From sequence record MW373745.1: a DNA stretch of 64,000 bases; one strand, written 5' to 3'. The position numbers were made by a program, and so were the translations under genes. Shown one piece after another: positions 20,346 through 30,489 of the stretch (position 1 is its first letter; each line of letters opens with the position of its first letter). A model generated the notes under the pieces. The model was not told where the DNA came from and ran no database searches. It saw only the letters and a program-made list of their open reading frames with translations.

Positions 20346-21116
20346 ATGAACTTAATAATTGGTTTTGGTGTAGTCGGACAAAGCTTAGGAAATTATTTTG
20401 ATTCTAAAGGCATTGAATATAATATAATAGATCCAAGATTTAATGATAAAGATCTTAATGAAATTGGTTTAAATTGTTATAGCAAGATTTTTATATGCAT
20501 TAATGTGTTAAATGATAATATTGATTCAAATCAAGACACAAAAACATTATACGAAATTTTAAATACCATAGAATCAAAAGATTTTAGTGGTTTAGTTGTT
20601 ATTAGATCAACATTGTTGCCTAGTAATGTAGATTTTATAGAATCTGAATACAATTTAAAATTTGTAACCTGGCCAGAATTTCTAACAGAAGTTGAATCAT
20701 TGAAACGAGCAAAATATCACGTGATAGGCGCTAATAATATTATGTATGCTAAAGAAATTGCTGAATTAATAGATACGCCTTATGATTTTTGTAGTCTTAG
20801 AGAAGCAATGGAAGTTAAATACGCTAGAAATGCTTTAGGTGCTTTAAAGGTATTATTCTTTCACGAATTAAATGAAGCTGGGTTCAATGTTAGAAAAATA
20901 GAATTATTATTAAATGAGTTCGAAGATTTTGATTCTCAAGGATTAATGGCTAAGTTATGTGTAGATGGTAAAAAAGGTTTTGGTGGTAAATGTTTTCCTA
21001 AAGATGTCCAAGCACTGACGTTTGAGTCTAATAAACAATCTAAACAAGCTGGAGATTTCTTTAGAAATATTTTAGAAGCTAATAATCGACTTAGATATTG
21101 TTATAAAAAATCATAA
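20346..21116 (+). CDS. UDP-glucose/GDP-mannose dehydrogenase family protein (lacks the C-terminal UDP-binding domain)
   Basis: IIGFGVVG, IRSTL, PEFL, KYARN and GFGGKCFPKD motifs. Confidence 0.85.
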   Translation: MNLIIGFGVVGQSLGNYFDSKGIEYNIIDPRFNDKDLNEIGLNCYSKIFICINVLNDNIDSNQDTKTLYEILNTIESKDFSGLVVIRSTLLPSNVDFIESEYNLKFVTWPEFLTEVESLKRAKYHVIGANNIMYAKEIAELIDTPYDFCSLREAMEVKYARNALGALKVLFFHELNEAGFNVRKIELLLNEFEDFDSQGLMAKLCVDGKKGFGGKCFPKDVQALTFESNKQSKQAGDFFRNILEANNRLRYCYKKS

Positions 21117-21140
21117 ATATATTAAATTTAAAGGTGTTAA

Positions 21141-21482
21141 ATGAATATGAATGTACAAAATCCAAAATTTTCTTTTACTGAAGATCAAACAAAACAAGTT
21201 CTTATGACAGCCTATCATCTAAGTCAAGCTTCAGAATATATTCAAGAAACCAATGGTATGATGTCTTTAATGTTTAATTCTATGGCTATTGAATTATTAG
21301 ATCAAGCTGGATTATCCCAAGCATTTTTAGATGAATTAGGATATACTAAAACAACTGAGCCTAAGATTCAACTTAATAAGAAAGAACAAGCAGAAGTAGA
21401 CTCTTTATTTGATGAGATTTTAAATGGATCTAAATCTACACCAAATGTAGAAACTGAAGTTAAAGATTCAAAAGGAATATAA
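21141..21482 (+). CDS. Hypothetical protein
   Basis: ORF in operon. Confidence 0.5.
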   Translation: MNMNVQNPKFSFTEDQTKQVLMTAYHLSQASEYIQETNGMMSLMFNSMAIELLDQAGLSQAFLDELGYTKTTEPKIQLNKKEQAEVDSLFDEILNGSKSTPNVETEVKDSKGI

Positions 21483-22420
21483 TGGTTCAACAAGAATTAA
21501 GAAAAATAATTTTTATATTATTTGATGAACGTTTGCTTTCACAAGTTGTAGAAATGTTCGAAAAATACGAATATATCATAGAAAATAACCCAGAGGGTAT
21601 AGAAACAAGAACTGCGTATTTAATTTCGAAAATATATACAACTGATGATAAATCTAAAGTTTTAGATTATTTAAAACAATTGGGTGAATTAGAAGCTACT
21701 GATATTTTTCCAGATATCAAAATGCTCCAATGTAAATTAGCTATGAATTGTTATGAAAACAATTTAATTGAATATAGTAAATTAATAGCAACATTTGATA
21801 AAAATGATTTGGATTACGCACAAGCAAATAACCCAGTAGTTTACAACACACCAGCGTTGTACAGAGTTTCTATCAATGGTAAAGATTTTGATGATAATAT
21901 TAATAATATCAATAAATGTCTGACTTATTTAGGTGATAAGGTTGTATTTAGACAAACAATTGATAAAGTAGATAGACCAAGTTATAAAAATTATCTTAAG
22001 ATTAGACATTCTTTAGAACTTGGTGATTATGATTATGGGTTTGATGCTGTTAAAGCATTACAAGAATTATTTTATCAAGAAGGTTTAGATGCTAAAATAA
22101 ACTCTGTTAATTATAAAGAACTTTTAAGTGATTATATTATAATAATGGATTTTATGAGTGCTTTCCAATTACTTGGGTATAAGTTTACCGATAAACCAGA
22201 ATATAACAAATTAAAGCAAATGTTTAAAGATATTATTATAGAATTAAGTGTAGATTCTTTATTAATTTTAGAAACTTCTCAAGAAAATGTTCTCAAAATT
22301 ATTGCAGAAACTAAAAAACGTCTTATAAATGATGTAAAATATGATGCTAGTGAAGTTGATGCTTATTTGGGTCCAATTTTACAAAGGATTAAAGACAGTG
22401 GTAAAAGATTTAATAGATAA
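21482..22420 (+). CDS. Hypothetical protein
   Basis: Long ORF, translationally coupled. Confidence 0.55.
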   Translation: MVQQELRKIIFILFDERLLSQVVEMFEKYEYIIENNPEGIETRTAYLISKIYTTDDKSKVLDYLKQLGELEATDIFPDIKMLQCKLAMNCYENNLIEYSKLIATFDKNDLDYAQANNPVVYNTPALYRVSINGKDFDDNINNINKCLTYLGDKVVFRQTIDKVDRPSYKNYLKIRHSLELGDYDYGFDAVKALQELFYQEGLDAKINSVNYKELLSDYIIIMDFMSAFQLLGYKFTDKPEYNKLKQMFKDIIIELSVDSLLILETSQENVLKIIAETKKRLINDVKYDASEVDAYLGPILQRIKDSGKRFNR

Positions 22421-22622
22421 AAATCAAGCCGAAGTTCAGTTAAAAATACAAGATTTGCAAGACATCAGAGTGGGTATAAAATATGCTTTGCGTTGTGCTA
22501 AAAAGATTAGTTTAAATTCTGAATCTAACTCAAGTTTAGATTCGGATTTAAGCCAAGAAGAACTAAACTTTTTAGCTTGTTTAACTTGCTTACCTAAGAC
22601 CAAAACTAAAAACAAAGGTTAA
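22398..22622 (+). CDS. Small protein (74 aa) immediately upstream of the radical SAM gene
   Basis: GTG at 22398 after AAGGA; ends 1 nt before the next ATG. Confidence 0.5.
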   Translation: MVKDLIDKNQAEVQLKIQDLQDIRVGIKYALRCAKKISLNSESNSSLDSDLSQEELNFLACLTCLPKTKTKNKG

Positions 22623-22623
22623 A

Positions 22624-23727
22624 ATGGCAGGTAAACTAATAGTAGAATTTAGCTTAGATACTAAATGTAACTTAGCTTGTAAATATTGTTATAGTGCGCA
22701 TACGCCACCAAACCCTATGTCTATAGACACAGCTATGAAATTCTTTGATAGAATTAATTATATGTTAGATTATTATGATAAAGATAGCTATCATATTTCA
22801 TACTTTGGTGGGGAACCTTTATTAAACTGGGAAGTGATTGAAGCAACTTTACCAAAATTCCAAGAAGATCCAAGATGTACCAGCTATGTTGTGATAACTA
22901 ATGGTGCATTATTAGACCCTAAAAAAGTTCAGTTCTTAAAGGCTCATAATTGTGGAATTTCACTGAGTTTTGATGGTCTATGGCAAAATACTAATCGACC
23001 AGTGGCTGAAGGTACTTTTGAAGGAACTTTAGATTATTTTAAGCAAAATAAAGCATTAATTCATAGCATTACAGATACCTGTAAAGTTATGATACAACCC
23101 AAGAACTTCACAACAATGACTGAAAATTTTGAGTTTTTTGTTAACGATTATGAATTCTTAAGACCCGATTTTTGTTTAGTTCGTGATAACATTTATACTA
23201 AAAGTCAAATAGAAACATTTGCTATAGAAGTTGAAAGATTAGCACATAAAGTACTTGAATATCAACATAAAGGAATACCAGCAAGTGTAGGATTATTTGA
23301 TTTATATGCTTTAGATATTTTAGCAGGTGCTAGATTTGGTAAAAGAGACCACGGTTGTTTCGTAGGAAATAACGGTTGTTTATATGCGGTAGATGGTAAA
23401 TTCTGGCCTTGCGAGCGATACAGATCAACTAATAAAATGGTTCTATATAGTCCAGAATCTGGATTAAATCTAAAGAATCTTAAGTTTATGTCTAAATACG
23501 CTGACCCAAGAAAATTCAAGAAATGTATGAAGTGCGAAATTCGTGAGTATTGTAATGTTGGGTGTACACACCAAGAAATGCGAGAAGCTAAATTCGAAGG
23601 TAGAGAACCAATAGATTCTGTATGTCATTTATTTAAACATTCTTTTAAGTGGGCTATGTTTGTTTTTAAGAACTCTACTAAAGAATACAAAGATTATCTA
23701 TATAGAAGACTTGAAGTTGGATCTTGA
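22624..23727 (+). CDS. Radical SAM/SPASM-domain protein
   Basis: CNLACKYC, FGGEPLL and SFDG; SPASM cysteines CFVG, CERY, CMKC, CNVGC and VC. Confidence 0.9.
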   Translation: MAGKLIVEFSLDTKCNLACKYCYSAHTPPNPMSIDTAMKFFDRINYMLDYYDKDSYHISYFGGEPLLNWEVIEATLPKFQEDPRCTSYVVITNGALLDPKKVQFLKAHNCGISLSFDGLWQNTNRPVAEGTFEGTLDYFKQNKALIHSITDTCKVMIQPKNFTTMTENFEFFVNDYEFLRPDFCLVRDNIYTKSQIETFAIEVERLAHKVLEYQHKGIPASVGLFDLYALDILAGARFGKRDHGCFVGNNGCLYAVDGKFWPCERYRSTNKMVLYSPESGLNLKNLKFMSKYADPRKFKKCMKCEIREYCNVGCTHQEMREAKFEGREPIDSVCHLFKHSFKWAMFVFKNSTKEYKDYLYRRLEVGS

Positions 23728-23809
23728 TACCTTTAGTATATCTAACACTCGAGTGTTATTTTTAAAAGCCTTTAATCAAAATTTAAACAAAATTAGGATA
23801 TAATTAATT

Positions 23810-24142
23810 ATGGCAAATATATTCGAACAATTTACAAACTGTCTCAAAGACAAAGATTATAATGAGAGTTTAGGTTTTAATAGCTTTATGTTTTGTAGAT
23901 TTTTAGGGTCAAGCCCTAGCACTTTACAATTAGCTAATGATATTAATATATTATATAAAAGCTTACCAGATGAAGCACAATATAATTTAGTGAGATACAC
24001 AAAAAATAAACCAAAATTTATAAGATTTGCGAAAGCGTTAGCTGAATCAGAATCTATCAAAGAAATACAATTAAAATATAAGGTAAATAAAGAAGTAGCT
24101 AAATTATATGCAAGTATTTTAGATTCTATGTGTAAATCTTAA
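23810..24142 (+). CDS. Clamp loader small subunit (gp62-like)
   Basis: FNSFMFCRFL...ANDIN...AQY...KFIRFAK. Confidence 0.7.
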   Translation: MANIFEQFTNCLKDKDYNESLGFNSFMFCRFLGSSPSTLQLANDINILYKSLPDEAQYNLVRYTKNKPKFIRFAKALAESESIKEIQLKYKVNKEVAKLYASILDSMCKS

Positions 24143-24169
24143 TCAAAGGAGCTATATTAGCTCCAATAA

Positions 24170-24775
24170 TTAAAACATTACACTCCATTGAATTCTGAAT
24201 GCAACTGTTGATTCTTTTACTTTACCTTTAAAGGTTCTCATAGCAATTAAATTTGTACCACTATACAAACCAGCTTCAGTATAAACTACACCATCATTAG
24301 CACAGTTAAAAGCATCTTGCGCAATATTAATAGTATAAGTTACTACAGGCTCTGCTTGCTCAATACCAGTAACTGTAATATCTACTGTAGAGTTATTATT
24401 AGCACCATCCTGAACGTTTGTAGCAGCAGTGTTAACCATATTACCACTTGGTGTAAAAATTACTTGGTTCCAAGTTCTATTAATATCACCTTGTTCTTGA
24501 CCACTGAAAATATCAGTAACAGACGCAGTAAATCCAGTAGTTTCATCCTTTGGTGTTAAAATATCAGAACCTTGGTGTCCTTTGGTACCCATAACAAATC
24601 TATTAATAGCATTGCTTTCATTGATACCAGCAATCAATTTAGCAAATTCAGCTCTTGCTACATTTGTAATAAGATTTTTCTGTTCGAATTTATCTATAAT
24701 ATTACCATTAGCATCTAAACTTTCAATACAAAAATAACCTCTGGCAGGTGTTTTTTGAACTTCTTTAAAATTCAT
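24170..24775 (-). CDS. Baseplate/tail-fibre attachment (collar-like) protein
   Basis: KNLITNVAR...YTEAGLY...AMRTF pattern; late motif at 24801. Confidence 0.5.
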   Translation of the reverse strand: MNFKEVQKTPARGYFCIESLDANGNIIDKFEQKNLITNVARAEFAKLIAGINESNAINRFVMGTKGHQGSDILTPKDETTGFTASVTDIFSGQEQGDINRTWNQVIFTPSGNMVNTAATNVQDGANNNSTVDITVTGIEQAEPVVTYTINIAQDAFNCANDGVVYTEAGLYSGTNLIAMRTFKGKVKESTVAFRIQWSVMF

Positions 24776-24838
24776 ATTAGACCTTTATGATTTTTTGATA
24801 TATTTATTTAGTAATAAATAAAACAAAAAGTGAATACA

Positions 24839-26350
24839 ATGCAAAAAGATCAAATTGATATATCTATATTAAATGCAAACAAATATTTAACTAGCCAAGC
24901 AAGAAAAGAAGCTTTTATCTATGATAAAGTTAAAGTAGAAGAAAAATATGATGGTATTAAAGTAACTATAGTTCATATAGATAAAACTGGTGATTATAAA
25001 CAAGATTTTATTGTTTCATACAAATCCAATATTATATATCCTGATGAGTTTGAATACGCAGCCAAATCCAAAATAAGACCTGAAAGCATTAATAATTCAC
25101 AATTTACATTTATTTTCGATATTCTTAAAAAATGTGATTCAAAGAGTTTACCTTTAAATTATGAATTCTTTGTAGAATTCTTGATGAAAAAACCTACATT
25201 ACAACATAAGTATAAGAAGATGGGCGCAATTTTATTAGCTTATAGCCCTTGTACTTATGAAGTCAAATTTGGGAGATTATTCACAAAACCAAAAGGTTTC
25301 TATACAGATTCAAGAGAAACTTATGCTAAGAAATTAGGATTTGATTACCCAAGAACTATATTTGAAGGTAATTTCGCTAATTTCGAACGTGGTATCAAAT
25401 CACAAGAACTCAATGATATTTTTAGAACTTATAAAAATATTCTTAAAATAGAAAACATAGATTTATATATACAACAAATATCTGAAATGTTTCTTAAAAT
25501 GGAATCTAAGTATGGTGGTAAACCTGAAGGTTATGTTTTAACTTATCCTGGATTCTTATTAAAAATTCAACAACCTTATCAAGTGGATCCTAAAGCAAGA
25601 GCAGAAACACGTTCACAATATCAAGGAGATCCTGATACTGAAAATGCTTATTGGGCTAACGTTAGATTAGCAGCTTTAAATATTATTGGAGCTAGTAATA
25701 TTAAAGGTTCTTTAAATGAAATACTTCAAAGGTATGGAGAAGCTCTTAAGAAATATAAGTTGAATTTTACACATCCTAAAAAGACACAATTTCAAATAAA
25801 AGATGATATTCAAGGTAATATCAAAATGATCGTTATTAAAAGACTTAAAGGAAATAATAACTTTTTATTCTTAGGCAAGTTTAGAATTTTAACTAAAGCT
25901 CATTATAATATTATTAAAAATGGATTAAAAAAATACGATAATGGTGTAGTCTGTTTGGTAACTTCAAAAGATACTAAAGAATTTGAAGATCTTAGATTAG
26001 AAATGTTAAAATCTTGTTTTCCTGAAATTGAAATTATACAACATAGTACAGGAAATATTATTAGTATTATGAATAAATCTAAAATGAATATAAATGCTGT
26101 TTTATGTGGTAGTGATAGATATAATGACTATGTAAACCAATTAAGAGCTAACCCAGATATTCAAGTTGTCGAAACGCCTAGAGATACTGGCGCTATTTCT
26201 GCAACTGCAGTAATTGAGAATCTAAATTCAGAAATTTTCTTTAAAAGAAATACACCAAGTGAAATACATTCTATGTATAATAAAATATTAAAAAGATTTA
26301 AAAGCTTAGGTTTAGTATCAGATTTGTCTAAAGAACCAGAAAATAAATAA
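24839..26350 (+). CDS. Ligase-like nucleotidyltransferase domain fused to a cytidyltransferase-like domain
   Basis: EEKYDG (motif I), VEF, PEGYV and LKIQ; C-terminal GKFRILTKAH, GSDR and ISAT. Confidence 0.6.
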   Translation: MQKDQIDISILNANKYLTSQARKEAFIYDKVKVEEKYDGIKVTIVHIDKTGDYKQDFIVSYKSNIIYPDEFEYAAKSKIRPESINNSQFTFIFDILKKCDSKSLPLNYEFFVEFLMKKPTLQHKYKKMGAILLAYSPCTYEVKFGRLFTKPKGFYTDSRETYAKKLGFDYPRTIFEGNFANFERGIKSQELNDIFRTYKNILKIENIDLYIQQISEMFLKMESKYGGKPEGYVLTYPGFLLKIQQPYQVDPKARAETRSQYQGDPDTENAYWANVRLAALNIIGASNIKGSLNEILQRYGEALKKYKLNFTHPKKTQFQIKDDIQGNIKMIVIKRLKGNNNFLFLGKFRILTKAHYNIIKNGLKKYDNGVVCLVTSKDTKEFEDLRLEMLKSCFPEIEIIQHSTGNIISIMNKSKMNINAVLCGSDRYNDYVNQLRANPDIQVVETPRDTGAISATAVIENLNSEIFFKRNTPSEIHSMYNKILKRFKSLGLVSDLSKEPENK

Positions 26351-26375
26351 CAAAAAATGACGGGCAAGGTTTAAA

Positions 26376-27563
26376 ATGACTGAGTTAAGATTAAATGTAG
26401 ATTCTAAAGATATCATAGAAGCGGGAGATTATAAATCTACCCAAAGAGGTATGTTAACATTTTCTAAAAATGCCGTGTATTTAGGTGATGGTAACAAAGC
26501 TAATAAAATTATAGATGCAGAAAGCTTAAAAACCGAAATAGAAAAAGTTCAAAATAATGTAAATAACACTATAACTCAGCAAATACAAAATGTAAATAAC
26601 ACTATAACTCAAGTTCAAAACACACCTGCAGTTCAATTTTTAAACATATGTGATAATGCGACTGATTTAGCCACGTTAAAATCAAGTGTTACATTAAAAA
26701 ATGTTTTTGATAATTGGGTAAGACATTCTATTATGAATTCTGCTAGTGGTCCTAAATTAGATGATGATGCTGGTCAAGCAGAAGCTGCTAAATGGTCTTA
26801 CATAGAAGCAGAAGATGCTATAGCAAGTAATATAAATTCAAGTTATTATAATATGTTTTTAAGTAATGGCGTCAAAGATACTTATAGTGTGCAAATATCA
26901 GCTGTGGGCCAAGATAATGATGATGATGTTTTAAGTATTGTTGTAGCAGCTAAAATGATCAATGGTAAATTATATACATTAAGCGCAGTGAGATCTTTAC
27001 AATTAAACGCTTTACCAGGTGGTACTTCGTGGGGTTTATTTTTTAATTATTGTGGCAACAATGAAGAACCTTATACAACTTATAGGTTATTAGCTTCTAA
27101 AGGCAATATTACAGATAATTATCCTAAAACAATTTGGCGAGCAGGTAAACATTTATTAAAAGTGGCTAGAACTAAAAATAGAGTACAATGTTGGACTTCA
27201 GATCTAAACCAAGCATTGGATGACAACTCATTAATTGATTATACATTACCAACAACAAAACCTAGTGTTTTATCCGATAATGAATTTAATATATTGAAAG
27301 AATTATTAAATTCACCTTGTCAAATGGGTTTTGGTAATTGGTCTCAAAATATTAAATTTTATTTTGATTCACAATCAGGTGTGTATGATGATACTATAAT
27401 AGATATATCAAACAATCAAAAATGGACATATAATAGTTCTAATAAAACTTGGGTGTCATCTACGTTAGATAACTCAACAATACCAGAAAATGTTTTAATT
27501 AGTTCTAAGAAAACTAAAAAATTGTTTTATAATAATGGTATTGAAATATCAAGTTTAAACTAG
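26376..27563 (+). CDS. Putative fibre/receptor-binding protein with a lectin-like domain
   Basis: Short repeat and coiled-coil N-terminus; DNDDDVLSIVV...YTLSAVR motif. Confidence 0.4.
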   Translation: MTELRLNVDSKDIIEAGDYKSTQRGMLTFSKNAVYLGDGNKANKIIDAESLKTEIEKVQNNVNNTITQQIQNVNNTITQVQNTPAVQFLNICDNATDLATLKSSVTLKNVFDNWVRHSIMNSASGPKLDDDAGQAEAAKWSYIEAEDAIASNINSSYYNMFLSNGVKDTYSVQISAVGQDNDDDVLSIVVAAKMINGKLYTLSAVRSLQLNALPGGTSWGLFFNYCGNNEEPYTTYRLLASKGNITDNYPKTIWRAGKHLLKVARTKNRVQCWTSDLNQALDDNSLIDYTLPTTKPSVLSDNEFNILKELLNSPCQMGFGNWSQNIKFYFDSQSGVYDDTIIDISNNQKWTYNSSNKTWVSSTLDNSTIPENVLISSKKTKKLFYNNGIEISSLN

Positions 27564-27573
27564 GATTTAACAC

Positions 27574-27777
27574 TTGTCAAACCATTTAATTAAAACTTTC
27601 TTAAATATGGCTATAGCTATATCAGTGGGTATAATTTGTTTTTTAATTGATTTTTATATGCATCATACATTATCCTGGAAAATGTTCTTAATATTTTGTA
27701 TAATAACTATATATTATGATATTAAATTAATTCGTGATGTTGTTAATGAACCGTCAAATACTAATATAAAAACATAA
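27574..27777 (+). CDS. Small membrane protein
   Basis: Two hydrophobic segments. Confidence 0.45.
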   Translation: MSNHLIKTFLNMAIAISVGIICFLIDFYMHHTLSWKMFLIFCIITIYYDIKLIRDVVNEPSNTNIKT

Positions 27778-27793
27778 AATATAAAGACTAAAA

Positions 27794-28324
27794 ATGCAAG
27801 ATTTAAAACCTCGAGAACTAAAAACTTATGAAATAGAAGAACTTATAGTTCTAAATACAAAAACTGCAAAAGAACTCAGAGATTCTATGGTAGAATCAAA
27901 CCCAATTTGTCCTTTATGCGGTTCTAAGATCTTCAATCCTGTACTTGATCACAAACATAGTAAAAAACAAGAAAATTTAGGTGTGCAAGGCGCTGGCTTA
28001 GTCAGAAATGTTATTTGCAGTACTTGTAATATTTTCTTAGGTAAAATGGAAAATAATTATAAAAGATATAGAATTCAAAACTTGGCTGATTTTTTAAGAA
28101 ATGCTGCAAATTATTTGGAAACTGATACAACACCGTATGTATACCCAAGTGAAGCAAAAAAATTAAAAGAAATTTTTCCGAAGTCTTTATATAATAAACT
28201 GATTAAAGCAATTCATTTAGAAACTAAAAAAGATATTAATTATATTAAAAAGAAAATTAAGTATACAAAATATCTTAGTCAAAAAACAAAAGATTTATTA
28301 ATATCTTATAATTTGTATTCTTAA
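27794..28324 (+). CDS. Recombination endonuclease VII (gp49-like)
   Basis: CPLCG...VLDHKH...VRNVICSTCNIFLG. Confidence 0.85.
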   Translation: MQDLKPRELKTYEIEELIVLNTKTAKELRDSMVESNPICPLCGSKIFNPVLDHKHSKKQENLGVQGAGLVRNVICSTCNIFLGKMENNYKRYRIQNLADFLRNAANYLETDTTPYVYPSEAKKLKEIFPKSLYNKLIKAIHLETKKDINYIKKKIKYTKYLSQKTKDLLISYNLYS

Positions 28325-28387
28325 AGTTTAAAGTATAACTAAAGTTTAAAAGTTTAGTACATAAATATTAAAAAAAAAAGGTTAATA

Positions 28388-30091
28388 ATGGGGTTATTAG
28401 AAAGTATAAAAAATAGTATTATAGGTGAAAAAATAGATAGACCATTCTTAGAACAACCTATTAATAAAATAGATACTACAGTTCCATTCGGTAGAGTAAT
28501 AAACACTTTATCTGATGATGAACCTTTAAGATTCCAAACCTTTTTTGATAATGTAAATGACATAACTTATGTTGATAATCTACAAAAAGCATCAGAACAA
28601 GCTCAAAAAATTGATATCTACAGACAAACTGCTAAGATTGCTGAATGTTGGAGTGGTTTAACAGAAATTGTAGACGAAGTCGCATATTGTAGAGATTTCA
28701 AAGATCCTATTAAATTAGAAGTTGATACTTCGAATAAGAAAATAGACATAGCAATATCTAATGCTTTTGAAAAAATAATGAAATTATTTGGAACCCAAAA
28801 ATATCTACATTCTTTTATCAGACAATCTTATATAGACGGCCAAATGAATATATTAATTAAATACCACGATGATAAGAAAAAAGGTATAAAAGAATTATAT
28901 TATTTAGATCCTAGATATCTTTGGTATGATTTAACAGATTCTAAATACAAATACATAGATATAAATTCTTCAGTAGCTCTTAAAAATAATTTCTTAGGAA
29001 ATCAAAGATATATCAATATCAATGGTAAAGCTCCAGTTCGAATAGATCAAGCGGCTTTAGAATACGATATAGAGGAAATAGTTCATCAAAATTTTGGTTT
29101 ATTTTCAGATTCTGGTATTTGTTTAAGTGAATTAGAAGCTTCCGTTAAAACAGCTAATCAATTAAAAACACTTGAAGATTTGTTAATACCTTTAAGATTT
29201 TCAAGATCAATTTCAAGACGTGTATTTAATATAGATTTAAGTGAATTACCGAATTCTAAAGCAGAAGCTTATATGAGGGATTTGACTAATAAGTTCAAAT
29301 ATAAAAAACAATACAACCCAGAAACTGGTGAAGTAACTAATAACCAACATATTGTCACTATGGTCGAAGATTATTGGATTGGTAATAAAGCTGGTGCTAA
29401 AGGTATGCAAGTAGATATCTTGGATGAAACTGGTAATTTAGGAGAACTTGGTGATATTATGTTTTTTTACAAGTTATTATATAGATCTATGGGAATACCA
29501 GTTAATAGAATCTACTTAGATGACCAATCACAACAACCATTATTTGATTTGCAAGCAGATGCTATCACAAACGAGGACATCAAATTCTTCCAAAAAATAA
29601 CTAGGATTCGCCAAGTATACACGGAATTCTTTATGCAAATTCTAAAAAGAGAATTAATTTGTACTAAAGTTTGTACTGAAAAACAATTTCAAGAACTTAA
29701 AGATTCTATTAATATATACTTTAGCGAAGAAAATCAATTTATTGAAAGAATGAATCTAACATTGTTTATGAAACGTATAGATGCATTCTCAACAGCTAAA
29801 GATTTTGGAGGAACAGTTTTACCTGTAGATACATTATATAAAGAAATTTTTAGATTTAATGATGTTGAAATCAAAAAGAATCTTAAAGCTATTCAAAAAG
29901 AATCTAAAAATCCATTGTATAAACAATTTTACAGAGATTTTGAAAGTGGGGATGAATTCAGTTCAGATTCAGATTCTGATTCTGGTGATGAACCTAAATA
30001 CAACGATTCTAATAACAATGCTAATAATACAGATACCGAAGAAGAATATGATAAAACCGGTTTATCTATTAAAAAAGACTCACTGATTTAA
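28388..30091 (+). CDS. Portal protein (gp20)
   Basis: SYIDGQ, LKTLEDLL..R, RRVFNID, MVEDYW and NLGELGDIMFF motifs. Confidence 0.92.
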   Translation: MGLLESIKNSIIGEKIDRPFLEQPINKIDTTVPFGRVINTLSDDEPLRFQTFFDNVNDITYVDNLQKASEQAQKIDIYRQTAKIAECWSGLTEIVDEVAYCRDFKDPIKLEVDTSNKKIDIAISNAFEKIMKLFGTQKYLHSFIRQSYIDGQMNILIKYHDDKKKGIKELYYLDPRYLWYDLTDSKYKYIDINSSVALKNNFLGNQRYININGKAPVRIDQAALEYDIEEIVHQNFGLFSDSGICLSELEASVKTANQLKTLEDLLIPLRFSRSISRRVFNIDLSELPNSKAEAYMRDLTNKFKYKKQYNPETGEVTNNQHIVTMVEDYWIGNKAGAKGMQVDILDETGNLGELGDIMFFYKLLYRSMGIPVNRIYLDDQSQQPLFDLQADAITNEDIKFFQKITRIRQVYTEFFMQILKRELICTKVCTEKQFQELKDSINIYFSEENQFIERMNLTLFMKRIDAFSTAKDFGGTVLPVDTLYKEIFRFNDVEIKKNLKAIQKESKNPLYKQFYRDFESGDEFSSDSDSDSGDEPKYNDSNNNANNTDTEEEYDKTGLSIKKDSLI

Positions 30092-30165
30092 AACTTTAGT
30101 TACATTCAGAAACTTTTAAGTTATTTTATATTATAATTATTTCATTAAAAGATAAAGGAGCCATA

Positions 30166-30459
30166 ATGAATAAAATAGCTAAAGACCCTAACAACTATGC
30201 ACACAATGTTATGAACGATTTAATAGATCGCGTTAGAAATGAAAAATTAATATTTACATTCAACGGTAAAAAATATTTTTTAGATCATGTAGATTCTTAT
30301 CAACACGGTGAAGATTTTGGTCTATTCTTTAGAGGGTTGGATTCAGAATCAGATCGATGTTGTATGGAAGTACTTGGTTGTGAACTTTTTATATTCAATA
30401 AGAAAGATTATATAAATTTAGATTCATTTGAAGTTTATGAAGGCTGGCTATCATTTTAG
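30166..30459 (+). CDS. Hypothetical protein
   Basis: Promoter motif plus AAGGAG RBS. Confidence 0.55.
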   Translation: MNKIAKDPNNYAHNVMNDLIDRVRNEKLIFTFNGKKYFLDHVDSYQHGEDFGLFFRGLDSESDRCCMEVLGCELFIFNKKDYINLDSFEVYEGWLSF

Positions 30460-30489
30460 GTTTTAAATTATAATATTAAAGGAGTTTAA

